Shown here piece by piece: positions 29,585 to 39,075 of a DNA stretch of 64,000 nucleotides (position 1 is the stretch's first letter; each line of letters starts with the position of its first letter). A model generated the notes under the pieces. The model was not told the origin of the DNA. It ran no database searches and saw nothing but the letters and a program-made list of their open reading frames with translations. A program made the position numbers and the translations under genes. This DNA is from a bacterium (lineage in GTDB: Bacteria > UBA8248): contig OZ242260.1 in the NCBI GenBank assembly GCA_965207065.1, positions 2,048,001 to 2,112,000 of the forward strand, read 5' to 3'.

Positions 29585-32500
29585 ATGACTACTGAATCAG
29601 AACCCACCCAGTCGGCTCCTCTCGTAAGGGCTCTGGTTTTCATCACCTCCTGGCTGTGCGTACTCTCGGGTTTGTACCACATATCCGCAGTCTATCTGCG
29701 GCCTTTACCGGGTGAGATGCACCCCAACATGCACATGCTGTTGGCCTATACCATTCTCCTCATCGGCGGCGCCGGGGCGATGCCTCAGATATATGGGGAT
29801 AAAATTCGCAAATTGAATTTTCTTCCCGTTCTGTACCTATTGTCTTTGATTCCCGCCGTTATTTTCTATTACTTCGTATATGAGATGGGAGAGGGTTGGT
29901 CTGATGCGAGTGTTTGGTGGGTTTATGCGCTCCCGTTCGCTATATGGATAGCGATGATGGTTGTGGAGAAGTCATGGCTTGCGCTTTTTCTCTGGTTTTT
30001 GGGCTTAGTTCCTGCGCCCATACTGTTCTGGTATTGGGATTATTTGCCAGAAAGCACGCATGAGCCCACCTTTTGGTGGCTGATAATCGCATGCTCCGCC
30101 ATTCCCACGATGTGGACCTTGTTCGCGGTTTTCTTCAGGCCTGCCGAAGGGGTGAAAAAGGCGGGTGTTTTTCTCGTTATATTTTTCGTAGCGCTTGTTC
30201 TAATCGGATGGCGGGTAAGTTTATGGGCCGGGCAAAGCGATGATGTGAGAAGCGCTTTTTACCTCTGGCCGGTAGTCGTACTCGCTTTTCCTCTTTTCTG
30301 GGCGAAAAGACGCATCAAAGAGGTATTTGAAGAATTCCCGGCACACCCTTTTCCGGCTGGTTTCACGATTGGCCTGAACGCCGGGATGCTCTTTTTCGTG
30401 GCGACTGCGTGCCTCTACCTGTTCTACTACCACGAAGAGATGGTAGACCGCCCGGGCGCTCCGACGATTGGCGATGCTCGCGTCGGCTTCGTCATGCTCG
30501 TCGTCGCTATCGAATTGACGAGGCGTTGTTTCGGGCCTCCCCTGCCAACATTGGCGGTTATTGCTTTCGTCTATGGGATTTGGGGCAATTTGTTCGCACC
30601 TCCTTTCGGGCATGGTGGCCATACATGGCTCGAACTTCAAGCGAAACTATCGACGGACTTTATCGGTGGCGTATTGGGCTTTTTGGTCGTCATTTCGGCG
30701 ACCTTCATCATCATGTTCCTTATTTTAGGAGCGTTTCTGCATGAATCGGGCGCAGGCCGTTTTTTCGTGAATTTCGCTTTAGGTCTGTTCGGGAAAATGC
30801 GAGCTGGCGCCGGTCTCGCCGCTGTGGGGTCGAGCGCGCTCATGGGTACGGTGTCGGGCAGCGCATCAGGCAACGTCGTGACCACCGGCACATTCACGAT
30901 TCCCCTGATGAAGCGAATCGGGCTGAGTCCACACATTGCCGGAGCGGCGGAAGCGGCGGCCAGCAGCGGGGGGCAGATCATGCCGCCTGTCATGGGGGCG
31001 GGCGCCTTCATTATGAGTGAACTCATCGAAGTGCCGTATTTCCAGCTTATCGGATACGCCACCATACCGGCCATCTTGTATTTCACCATCGTGGGGATCA
31101 ACATCCACTTTGCGGCCGGTGCGCTTAACATCCAGCCGTTGCCTACTAACGAAATTCCGAGTTGGAGGGTGGAACTCAGAAACGGATGGTTCTATCTCGT
31201 GCCCCTGGCGTTTTTGGTCTACTTCCTTTTTCAAGGCAGAACGCCAGTCTTTGCGGGCGTCATGTCGGTTTTCATCATGGTGGGCATCTGGTTTTACCGG
31301 AACGTGGCGGAATTCCTGGGTACGATGAGGAGGGGTGATAAGACAATCGCAGATGATGTATTCGTTTTTGTGCCTGTTCTGTTTTGGGTTTTCGCATTTT
31401 TCTTATACACGTTGCTCACGGTTTTCGAGTTGGGTTTCGGATTACCGTTGGGGATATATGAAAAGCCGACTTGGGGCGGGGCGATAAGGGCTGCTCTGTC
31501 TATGGGTGTCGTCGGATTTGTTCTGGCGAGTGTTTTCGCTCGCAAGTTCTCCTGGGTGCGTGAATTCTGGCGCGAGACAGAAAGCAACTGGCTCGCCATC
31601 TTCCCAATCACAATATTGGGTTTGTGGGTGGCGTTCGGCTGGTCTTCCGGCGTGGCGGGAGCCGCCCTCGTGCTTGCCCTGTTGTGTGTATGGTCCGTTT
31701 CCAGGGGCAATGGAGCGCAACCCACTACGACAATACCCTGGTATTTTGTCATGATTTGGGTGGGTGCATATTACGTGCAAAAAGGGATTTATGCGCTTGT
31801 CCCAGCGATAGCGAATTTCGGCGAATGGTTCGTTCCCTTCGGGTTCATCTATGACGGCCTGATCTTTTTCGGGTTGGCAGTGATTGTCCAGAGAGTCATA
31901 TTTTCATTCGGCTCGCAAGAATCCGAGGCCGATGGCCCGACGCCGAGCGTAAAGCAGGTGTTGGCTGTATCCTGCAATCCGTTTACCTATTTACAGCGCG
32001 CGAAGCAGATTGATGAAACAGGCCCCGCCGTGCAGGCTGCTCAGAGCGCCTCCGATTGGATTTTCAGCATTCGTAATGCCTTGAGGGTAGGAGGCAGGCA
32101 AGGCGCTGAGTTCGCCGTGACGCTGGCCACCATTGAAGTCGTCGTTCAGGTTCTGTCCATCACGGGCGTGGGTAACAAATTCGCCTATATGATTGAAACT
32201 CTCGCCCAGGATATATGTCTGTTCGGCCCTGCGGCGGGCGGCGGGTGCGCGTACTATATCGGTCTCGATGGTTTCTTCGTCGCGTTGCTTCTCACGGCGG
32301 TTTGTTGTGCGATATTGGGAATGGGCATGCCGACGACGGCGGCATACGTTCTGCTCGCCATTCTGGGCGGCCCCGTACTGATTAAACTCGTAGGTCCTGA
32401 ACTTACGCATGTTTACGGAGCCGAATGGGTGAAGGAGTTCGTGGCCGCCAAAGGAGACCGTGTCGCCGCCCATATGTTCATCTTCTATTTCGCGATTCTC

Positions 32501-32899
32501 TCCGCCATTACGCCGCCCGTGGCGATAGCTTCGCTCGTGGGAGCCAAACTGGCGGGCGCGTCCTATTTCCAGACGTCCATGATGTCTCTTCGCTTCGCCA
32601 TCGTCGGCTTTATCGTGCCGTTTTTGTTCATGTTCGACCCGGCCCTGCTCACGTTCGGGCATCCGTTGCGCGTCGCTCTCTCCGCATCCATGACGCTCCT
32701 GGGGTTCATCGCTTTTTCGGCGGGCACACAAGGCTGGCTTCTGGGGAGGCTTTATAAATACGAGCGAATTCTCTTGTTCGTCTGTTTCATCACGTTCATC
32801 TTGTTCGTCATTTTCTTCAGTATCACCATGCTGGTAGCGGGCCTGGTTTGCGGCGGGATTCCGCTCATCCGGCAGATCAAGGATTACAAGCGAAACTAG
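29585..32899 (+). CDS. TAXI-TRAP fused (4TM/12TM) permease, enlarged to 1104 aa
   Basis: SSALMGTVSGS, TGTFTIPLMK, EAAASSGGQIMPPVMGAGAF, LGMGMPTTAAY, AAHMFIFYFAILSAITPPV; divergent from the TAXI gene. Confidence 0.92.
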   Translation: MTTESEPTQSAPLVRALVFITSWLCVLSGLYHISAVYLRPLPGEMHPNMHMLLAYTILLIGGAGAMPQIYGDKIRKLNFLPVLYLLSLIPAVIFYYFVYEMGEGWSDASVWWVYALPFAIWIAMMVVEKSWLALFLWFLGLVPAPILFWYWDYLPESTHEPTFWWLIIACSAIPTMWTLFAVFFRPAEGVKKAGVFLVIFFVALVLIGWRVSLWAGQSDDVRSAFYLWPVVVLAFPLFWAKRRIKEVFEEFPAHPFPAGFTIGLNAGMLFFVATACLYLFYYHEEMVDRPGAPTIGDARVGFVMLVVAIELTRRCFGPPLPTLAVIAFVYGIWGNLFAPPFGHGGHTWLELQAKLSTDFIGGVLGFLVVISATFIIMFLILGAFLHESGAGRFFVNFALGLFGKMRAGAGLAAVGSSALMGTVSGSASGNVVTTGTFTIPLMKRIGLSPHIAGAAEAAASSGGQIMPPVMGAGAFIMSELIEVPYFQLIGYATIPAILYFTIVGINIHFAAGALNIQPLPTNEIPSWRVELRNGWFYLVPLAFLVYFLFQGRTPVFAGVMSVFIMVGIWFYRNVAEFLGTMRRGDKTIADDVFVFVPVLFWVFAFFLYTLLTVFELGFGLPLGIYEKPTWGGAIRAALSMGVVGFVLASVFARKFSWVREFWRETESNWLAIFPITILGLWVAFGWSSGVAGAALVLALLCVWSVSRGNGAQPTTTIPWYFVMIWVGAYYVQKGIYALVPAIANFGEWFVPFGFIYDGLIFFGLAVIVQRVIFSFGSQESEADGPTPSVKQVLAVSCNPFTYLQRAKQIDETGPAVQAAQSASDWIFSIRNALRVGGRQGAEFAVTLATIEVVVQVLSITGVGNKFAYMIETLAQDICLFGPAAGGGCAYYIGLDGFFVALLLTAVCCAILGMGMPTTAAYVLLAILGGPVLIKLVGPELTHVYGAEWVKEFVAAKGDRVAAHMFIFYFAILSAITPPVAIASLVGAKLAGASYFQTSMMSLRFAIVGFIVPFLFMFDPALLTFGHPLRVALSASMTLLGFIAFSAGTQGWLLGRLYKYERILLFVCFITFILFVIFFSITMLVAGLVCGGIPLIRQIKDYKRN

Positions 32900-32938
32900 T
32901 CCCAACAATAATTCGCTCTTCTTCCTGAGAGGGTATCA

Positions 32939-34180
32939 ATGCTTTTTCATAAACAACGCGCGCTCGAGTTCATGGAAAGGTTCGATCTCGACGCGCTGAT
33001 AGCGACCACACGTCACAACGTCTTGTATCTTTCGGGTTTTCAGGGGTGGGCGCAATACACATACGGCGACGCCACGACGGAGACTTTCGCGCTGTTTTTC
33101 CGCGATCAGGCCTCCCCGCCCGGGCTGATACTCTCCCGTCAGGATGAGACCTACTATGCCGCGACGGGATCGTGGATCGAGGACGTGAGGGGCTATGGCC
33201 CCCGTTCGGCGCTCGATATGGCGCCCGGCGAAGCGGGAGCTACCGAAGAAGAGAGGAATTACATATCTCTCATCGCCGAAGACGCCCCGCGGGAGGCGAA
33301 TTCTGTGGACGCTCTGCTCAGGATATTGAGTGAGCGGGGTTTGTCGAGCGGGAAAGTGGCGCTCGATAACGAAGGTATTCGCCCGGCTACGCGCGGTGCC
33401 CTGGAAGCGGCTCTGCCGGGTGTATCTTTTATGGATGCCTCGAGCCTGTTTCGCCTGATTCGCCTTCAAAAGACGGAAGAAGAGATCGAGCGCATGCGCG
33501 CCGCGGCGCTCTTGAACGAACAAGCCGTCATCGCGTTTCACGAGGAGATGGCCGTGGGGCGAACCGAGCGAGAAGTGGCGAGCCACTACTACCGCACCGT
33601 GGCCGCAGGAGGCGGGAAATGGAGTTGGTTCCATTTAGGGGGCGGGAGGCGTTCGGCGTCCATTTTCCCGCCGTCTGAGCGGAAATTCGAGCCTGGAGAC
33701 GGCTTTTTCTTCGATGCCGGGATGCGGCTGAACCACTACTGCGGGGATGTGGGTTGTTGCGGCTCGTTCGGGGAGCCGAACGCGGAGCGCAAGGCGCAGT
33801 GGAGCGCCATCCAGGCGGGGCTCGAGACCGCCTTTGGGGTGATCAAGGCGGGGGTGAAGCCGTCCGGGATTTTTCGCGCGGCGGTGGCGGCGGCGAAGAA
33901 ATCGGGCCTGCCGCGCTACAACGGCGCCTTCTGCGGGCACACGATAGGCATCGAGGCGCGCGAACTCCCCTATACGCTGAGCGAGCCCGTGAAGCTCGAC
34001 GATCCGTTTTTGCCTGCAAATTCAGACATTTCCCTGCCCGCGGGCGCGGTGCTCTCGGTGGAATTGCCCTCAGGCAAATTCGGGGAGGGCGGCGTGCACG
34101 CGGAATATACCGTGCTTGTCACCGAGACGGGAATGGAGCATCTGGGAGAACCTCACCGCGAACACGTCGTTATCGAGTGA
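32939..34180 (+). CDS. M24-family (Xaa-Pro peptidase/creatinase-like) protein
   Basis: Creatinase-type N-domain (NVLYLSGF), RLQKTEEEIERMR, D..G...Y.GD, GHTIG, SVE, HAEYTVLVTETG. Confidence 0.85.
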   Translation: MLFHKQRALEFMERFDLDALIATTRHNVLYLSGFQGWAQYTYGDATTETFALFFRDQASPPGLILSRQDETYYAATGSWIEDVRGYGPRSALDMAPGEAGATEEERNYISLIAEDAPREANSVDALLRILSERGLSSGKVALDNEGIRPATRGALEAALPGVSFMDASSLFRLIRLQKTEEEIERMRAAALLNEQAVIAFHEEMAVGRTEREVASHYYRTVAAGGGKWSWFHLGGGRRSASIFPPSERKFEPGDGFFFDAGMRLNHYCGDVGCCGSFGEPNAERKAQWSAIQAGLETAFGVIKAGVKPSGIFRAAVAAAKKSGLPRYNGAFCGHTIGIEARELPYTLSEPVKLDDPFLPANSDISLPAGAVLSVELPSGKFGEGGVHAEYTVLVTETGMEHLGEPHREHVVIE

Positions 34181-34240
34181 TCTGGTAAGTCGCCTGAATT
34201 CAATTATTTACGACAGACCCACCGAACCGTGTCGGTGCGC

Positions 34241-34627
34241 AAAACGCCCTGCATTCCACGATAGAACCGCCGATTCGCGAAATTACCGCCCATCACCCCC
34301 GCACCCGCCCGCAAATCCGCGCATTTGCCGTCATCGCGTGAATAGCTGTCCATGACAGAATTCTCCTGCGCCCGGATTACGCGGCGGGACCCGGCCGCCG
34401 GAACCGGTTTTCGCATGCGCATCTGCCTGCATCCGGGCTCCGCAATTCCCCGCATTTCCCCTCGATAATTTATCGAAAAACCCGGTGAATTTATCTATAT
34501 TTATCTAATTTTTCAGAAATAAAACCCGACCGGGGAGGGTTTCCATATCCGGGAGCAAAGCGGCCGGCTCCGCCATGATACCGGAATCTCCTGAATCCGC
34601 GCGAAAGTGAAATGCGGGCAATTGCGC
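34241..34627 (-). repeat. ~387-bp repeated element, copy 2 (inverted, no tandem array)
   Basis: Reverse complement matches 20142-20730, with an empty site GAAACCCTCCCCGGTCGGGT-TTTAT. Confidence 0.9.
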
Positions 34628-34694
34628 GCGGGTTCTTCTCGCGGGCCGGGTCGTTCGGCCTCCCGGTTCAGCCGCCCGCGTCCCTCCCCCCCTT

Positions 34695-35480
34695 CTAGAA
34701 GGCGTAGCGCAGGGAAATCCATACGCCGTGGCCGGTGAGGCGCGCGCGCGTTTCGCCGATGAGGATCGAGAGGTCGCGGTCCGGCCGCAGGACGCGGATG
34801 TTCCCCTGGGCGGTCTCCACGGCGCCCGAGTCCGTGTAGCGCCAGGCGACGTCGAGGGTGAGCCGCTCGGTGAGCGGTTTCGCGACGCCCGCCGATGCGG
34901 TCCAGGCGAGGTTGAGGCTTCGCCCGCCCGGGACGGTGGTCGTCTGCGAGAGGCCCGGAAAACGCATGAGCGTCCGGTCGATGCGCACGTACGACAGGCC
35001 CCCGCCCAGCCCGACGAACGGGCGCAGGCCGCCGAATCGCGGGAGGTCCAGGTAAGCCGTCAGGATGAGCGAGGTTGCCGAGAGGTCGGCGGTGACGGAC
35101 TGGCTGCCCGGGGTCCCGCGGTAGTTGGCGTCGCCCTCGAAGGCGAGCTCGGGGTGGTGCGCGAGGGCGGCCTCGAGACGCAGGGTGGGCGTGAGGACGC
35201 GGCCCAGGCCGAGGGAGAAGCCCGCCCCGGCGCCGAAGTCGCCCACCGTCTGCGTCGGTTTTCCGTCGATCCCGGTTACGTCGCCGTAGAGGGCGGCGAC
35301 GTCCTCGCGCGTGGGGTCGGCGTCGCGAAAGCGCGTTTCCAGCGTCCGGTCGACGCCCAGGGCGGCGCGGACGTAGAACCCTTCCGCCCCGGCGGAGACG
35401 CAGGAAAACAGAAGCGCCGCCATGAGGAGCGGGAGAATCAACCACCGCCTCGGAGCGGCGGCGGGGGTGCGGTTTGGCAT
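34695..35480 (-). CDS. Outer-membrane beta-barrel protein (opacity/LomR-like, 8-strand type)
   Basis: Signal peptide ending AGA-EGFYV, AYLDL...RPFVGLGGG, LTLDVAWRYTDSG, C-terminal ISLRYAF. Confidence 0.8.
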   Translation of the reverse strand: MPNRTPAAAPRRWLILPLLMAALLFSCVSAGAEGFYVRAALGVDRTLETRFRDADPTREDVAALYGDVTGIDGKPTQTVGDFGAGAGFSLGLGRVLTPTLRLEAALAHHPELAFEGDANYRGTPGSQSVTADLSATSLILTAYLDLPRFGGLRPFVGLGGGLSYVRIDRTLMRFPGLSQTTTVPGGRSLNLAWTASAGVAKPLTERLTLDVAWRYTDSGAVETAQGNIRVLRPDRDLSILIGETRARLTGHGVWISLRYAF

Positions 35481-35623
35481 GGGAGTTCCCCTCGGGCGCG
35501 AAGGGTTTGCGCGCGGCCCCGGGGGGCCGCCCTCTTTCGGAAACCTATTACGGACTCCGCCGCCCGTCAATCCGGAGAGGAGCCGCGCGGGGATGCGTGG
35601 TTCTTGAGAAAGCCCCCCTTGTC

Positions 35624-37143
35624 GGGTCTGTTGAAAAACCCCCGGCATTGTGATTGGGTGTAAGGACACTATCTCGCCCGAGATGGGAGTTCCCTCGATG
35701 ATAGGCAGCAAGAGGCGCGAGCAGATGGATTTGTTCGTGGCGGGCTCGCTGGATCGGCTGATCCCCGAGGATCACGTTCTGTACCGCGTGCATCAGGTGC
35801 TGGATTTGAGTTGGCTTCGGGAGGAGGTGGCGGATTGCTATTGCGCGGACAACGGTCGTCCGGGGATCGACCCGGAGGTGGCGGTTCGCCTGATGCTGGC
35901 GGGTCTTCTGCTGGGCTACGTTCACGACCGCCGTCTGCTTCGCGAGGCGCGGGCGCACCTGGCGATCCGGTGGTTCATCGGGTACGGGCTGCACGAGGAG
36001 TTGCCGGACCATTCGAGCCTGACGCGGATTCGTCAGCGCTGGGGGGAGGCGCGCTTCCGGGCGATATTCCGCCGGACGGTGCAGGCGTGCCTGGAGGCGA
36101 AGGTGGCGAAGGGGGAGGTGGTTCACGTGGACGCTTCCCTGATCCGTGCGGACGTGAGCTGGGAGAGTCTGGCGGCGCACCACGCGGACGAGGTGATTCG
36201 GGAGAATCCCGTGGAGGATAAGCCTGAGAAGAAGGGGCGTGGCCGCGGCGGCGGGGGACCGGTGAGCCGGACGGACCCCGACGCGCGGCTTGCGCGCAAG
36301 AGCGCGCGGGCGAGGTTCGAGCCGAGCTACAAGCACCACGCGGTGGTGGACGATGAGGGGGGTGTGGTTCTCGACGTGTCGGTGACGGAGGGGACGCTGA
36401 ACGAGCGGGAGATGATGGCGTCCCATATAGAGGCGGTAAGCGAGTTGTCGGGCCGCGCGCCGGAGATGGTGACGGCGGATTCGGGGTATGCGTATTCGAA
36501 GGTGTACGCGGCATTGGAGGGTCGGGGCGTGTCCGCGCTCATCCCGGCGAAGAAAGAACCCTCGCAGAGCCGGGTTCCGTTGCGGCTGTTCCGCTACGAT
36601 GCGCGCCACGGGATCGTGAAGTGTCCGGGTGGCAAGACGCTGCGTCCCCGGCGGAGCGAGGAGCGGGGGCGCTACTATGGTTCGAGGACGCGGGATTGCG
36701 CGGGCTGCGCGCTCAGGTCCGATTGTCTGCCGAAGTCGCAAACGAGCAAGGAGGTTTTGATTCCCAACGAGTACCCGGCGCTGTTGCGCGCGCGCCGGCG
36801 CCATGCGCGGTGGGGAGGGGACGAGCGCCGGCTGTGGCGTCGGCACATGGGGCGCTCGGAGGGTTATCACGGGGAAGCGAAGAGTTGGCACGGACTGGGG
36901 CGGGCGATGCGCCGCGGTCTGGAGAACGTGCGGATCCAGTCCTACCTGACGGCGATGGCGGTGAACCTCAAGCGGCTGGCCGCCGCCCTTGCGGCGCGTA
37001 TATTCGCCCTGTGGAGGGCCTGTGCCGCCCGGAAACGCCGTCTGCGCGCACATGGCGCCCTCACGCGCCGATGGGGCTCCCTCTCCGCCGCCGCGTGAAC
37101 CGCCATACCGCCCGCTTCAAAAACGGAGTTTTTCAACAGGCCC
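35624..37143 (+). mobile_element. IS1182-family-like insertion sequence, 1520 bp, with 5-bp target duplication TTGTC
   Basis: Terminal inverted repeats GGGTCTGTTGAAAAAC / GTTTTTCAACAGGCCC; TTGTC at 35619-35623 and 37144-37148. Confidence 0.9.
35698..37098 (+). CDS. DDE transposase (IS1182-like)
   Basis: LIPEDH, GRPGIDPE, LPDHSSLTRIRQR, VDAS, TDPDARL, ADSGY, CxxC motif, R..SEG..GEAK..HGL.R...RG; uninterrupted frame. Confidence 0.88.
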   Translation: MIGSKRREQMDLFVAGSLDRLIPEDHVLYRVHQVLDLSWLREEVADCYCADNGRPGIDPEVAVRLMLAGLLLGYVHDRRLLREARAHLAIRWFIGYGLHEELPDHSSLTRIRQRWGEARFRAIFRRTVQACLEAKVAKGEVVHVDASLIRADVSWESLAAHHADEVIRENPVEDKPEKKGRGRGGGGPVSRTDPDARLARKSARARFEPSYKHHAVVDDEGGVVLDVSVTEGTLNEREMMASHIEAVSELSGRAPEMVTADSGYAYSKVYAALEGRGVSALIPAKKEPSQSRVPLRLFRYDARHGIVKCPGGKTLRPRRSEERGRYYGSRTRDCAGCALRSDCLPKSQTSKEVLIPNEYPALLRARRRHARWGGDERRLWRRHMGRSEGYHGEAKSWHGLGRAMRRGLENVRIQSYLTAMAVNLKRLAAALAARIFALWRACAARKRRLRAHGALTRRWGSLSAAA

Positions 37144-37252
37144 TTGTCGGGGGGGCTTTCTCAACAATCCTTCAAGAACGACTCTGCTTGCCCGCTCCGC
37201 GCGGATGGGCGATAGTCGACCTCTCTTTGCTCCACGAGGCGAAAAATAATAA

Positions 37253-37286
37253 AGCAATATGCTTGTATAAATATAAGCATATTGCT
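37253..37286. promoter_or_regulatory. Perfect 12-bp inverted repeat upstream of the toxin gene (probable antitoxin operator/promoter)
   Basis: AGCAATATGCTT-gtataaatat-AAGCATATTGCT in an AT-rich stretch. Confidence 0.6.
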
Positions 37287-37310
37287 ATATTTTATGGGGC
37301 GGAGAGCGTA

Positions 37311-37571
37311 ATGTACAAGTTGACGTTCAAGCGGCAGGCCATCAAGGCCCTGCGCAAAATGTCTGCTCGGGAGGCCTTGCATATTCGCCGCGAGTTGGAC
37401 GAGTTGGCGGAAAGCCCCGACAGGCGGGACTCGGATGTCAGACCTTTAAGAGGACGCTCCGGTTTCAGATTGCGCGTTGGTGAGATGCGAATCATTTTCG
37501 AGCGAGACGACGATGCCCGCATCATCGACGTGTTGCGCATCGCTCCGCGTGGTCAGGCTTACAAGCGATAG
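37311..37571 (+). CDS. RelE/ParE-family toxin
   Basis: MYKLTFKRQAIKALRK...DVRPLRGRSGFRLRVGEMRIIF...IAPRGQAYK; GGAG RBS. Confidence 0.88.
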   Translation: MYKLTFKRQAIKALRKMSAREALHIRRELDELAESPDRRDSDVRPLRGRSGFRLRVGEMRIIFERDDDARIIDVLRIAPRGQAYKR

Positions 37572-37579
37572 GAGAAGTC

Positions 37580-37951
37580 ATGAGCAAGACGCAAGTCATT
37601 CTGGACGAGGGTGGCCGGCCCGCATTCGCCGTCATCCCGTGGCGTGATTATGAGCGTCTCTCGGGCGAAGACGCCGAGGCGCCCCTGAGCGATGAGGCGC
37701 TTTATGATCAGGCCAAAGCGGAGGGAGGCGAGTCCTTTCCAGCTGGGGTCGCGGACCGCCTTCTGGCCGGTGAAAACCCGATCCGCGTGTACCGGGATCA
37801 TCGCGGCATGACGCAGGGTGATCTGGCCGCCGCAGCCGGCATCCACCCGGTCTACATCTCCCAAATCGAGACGGGCAGGCGCACGGGCTCGACGAGAACG
37901 CTGGCCGCCATCGCCGAAGCGCTCGGCGTAACCGTGGACGACCTGATCTAG
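37580..37951 (+). CDS. XRE/HTH antitoxin
   Basis: G.P.FAVIPW.DYERL N-terminus; ENPIRVYRDHRGMTQGDLA...YISQIETG HTH; 8 bp after the toxin. Confidence 0.85.
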   Translation: MSKTQVILDEGGRPAFAVIPWRDYERLSGEDAEAPLSDEALYDQAKAEGGESFPAGVADRLLAGENPIRVYRDHRGMTQGDLAAAAGIHPVYISQIETGRRTGSTRTLAAIAEALGVTVDDLI

Positions 37952-38054
37952 GGGTAGGGGGGGTTGGTTCTTACGAGGGAGGTCGGGGATTCGCGCGAAA
38001 GCGGTCTTCCCGCTAAAGGCAATGTCCCCTGAGGAGGTGTTTTCCAAAAACGCC
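37951..38054 (-). repeat. Degenerate remnant of the MITE family seen at 41720-41851
   Basis: GGGGTAGGGGGGGTTGG...GAGGTGTTTTCCAAAAACGCC resembles GGGGTAGGGGGGGGTG...GGAGGTTTTTTCAACAACCCC. Confidence 0.4.
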
Positions 38055-38348
38055 TCGCGAACGACCCATATTCACGAACATTTCTGCATAATGTTTGGTG
38101 AACAAAATCACAATAAGCGACCTCCCCGACTACTCCGTCTTCTTTAGGGAAGGCTGGAGAGGACCCCTTGGGTCCTTGTCATCGGGGAGGAACCTTTAGA
38201 CCATTGAGCGACAATATACTTCACCCGGCTGACGAGTTCTAAAATAGGGGCGTTCGTGAACGCCACTGCTTGCCCGGCGCGCGCCGATGGGCGATATTCA
38301 CCGCTTTGTGCGGTGCGGATAATTTTTTAAGAGAAAGGACCAAAGACG

Positions 38349-39065
38349 ATGACGTATTTCTACAAGACGGACGAGATGGAAAAGAACCTCGCGGGCGCGG
38401 CATACAGCTCGGCGGCGGGCGCATGGGTCACGGGCGAGCGGCTCATCTTCGGGAAGATGCGCATGCCCGCCGGCACGCGCTCGAGCGCGCACGCCCACGC
38501 GAACGAGCAGTTCGGCTATTGCCTGGCGGGCAGCACCCGCCTGAACATCGAGGGCGACGAGCGGGTCCTGACGCCCGGCCACATCGCCTACCGGCCCGCG
38601 AACGCCGTGCACGCGGCCGAGGTGCTGGGCGAGGTGGACTACGAGTTCATCGTGGCGAAAGACACCGCCACCACCATCGAGGGCACGCCTACGGAGATGA
38701 AAAAAACCGAAGAGCACGTCCCTTATTTCTACGACACCGAGGCGATGGAAAAAGGCCTGGCGGGCGAGGCCTACAGCCCGACCGAGGGCGCCTGGGTGAC
38801 GGGCGAGCGAATCATTTTCGGGAAAATGCGCATCCCGCCGGGCGGTATTGCCGAGCCGCATTCACACCCCAACGAGCAGTTCGCCATCGTCCTGTCGGGC
38901 GCCGCGCGCGCGACCATCGGCGGCGAGACCGAAACCGTCACCGCGGGCGACATCGTCCACATGCCGGCCGACGTCGTCCACTCTGTCGCAATCCTGGGCG
39001 ATGAGGACTACGTCTTCGTGACGGCCAAGGACACCTCCTGGGGCATTCAGGGGATCAAGGCGTAG
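38349..39065 (+). CDS. Bicupin protein (two closely similar cupin domains)
   Basis: Repeated YFY.T..MEK.LAG.AYS...GAWVTGER.IFGKMR.P; metal motifs HAHANEQ...VH and HSHPNEQ...VH. Confidence 0.85.
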   Translation: MTYFYKTDEMEKNLAGAAYSSAAGAWVTGERLIFGKMRMPAGTRSSAHAHANEQFGYCLAGSTRLNIEGDERVLTPGHIAYRPANAVHAAEVLGEVDYEFIVAKDTATTIEGTPTEMKKTEEHVPYFYDTEAMEKGLAGEAYSPTEGAWVTGERIIFGKMRIPPGGIAEPHSHPNEQFAIVLSGAARATIGGETETVTAGDIVHMPADVVHSVAILGDEDYVFVTAKDTSWGIQGIKA

Positions 39066-39075
39066 GGGGAAGAAC

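Noticed and set aside
35481-35711. N-terminal extension of the OMP ORF
   Set aside because: It runs into the IS end and target hairpin; the signal peptide begins at ATG 35480
36621-37571. 316-aa transposase-toxin fusion ORF
   Set aside because: The upstream part is an off-frame shadow of the transposase that crosses the IS end; only 37311-37571 has an RBS and RelE motifs
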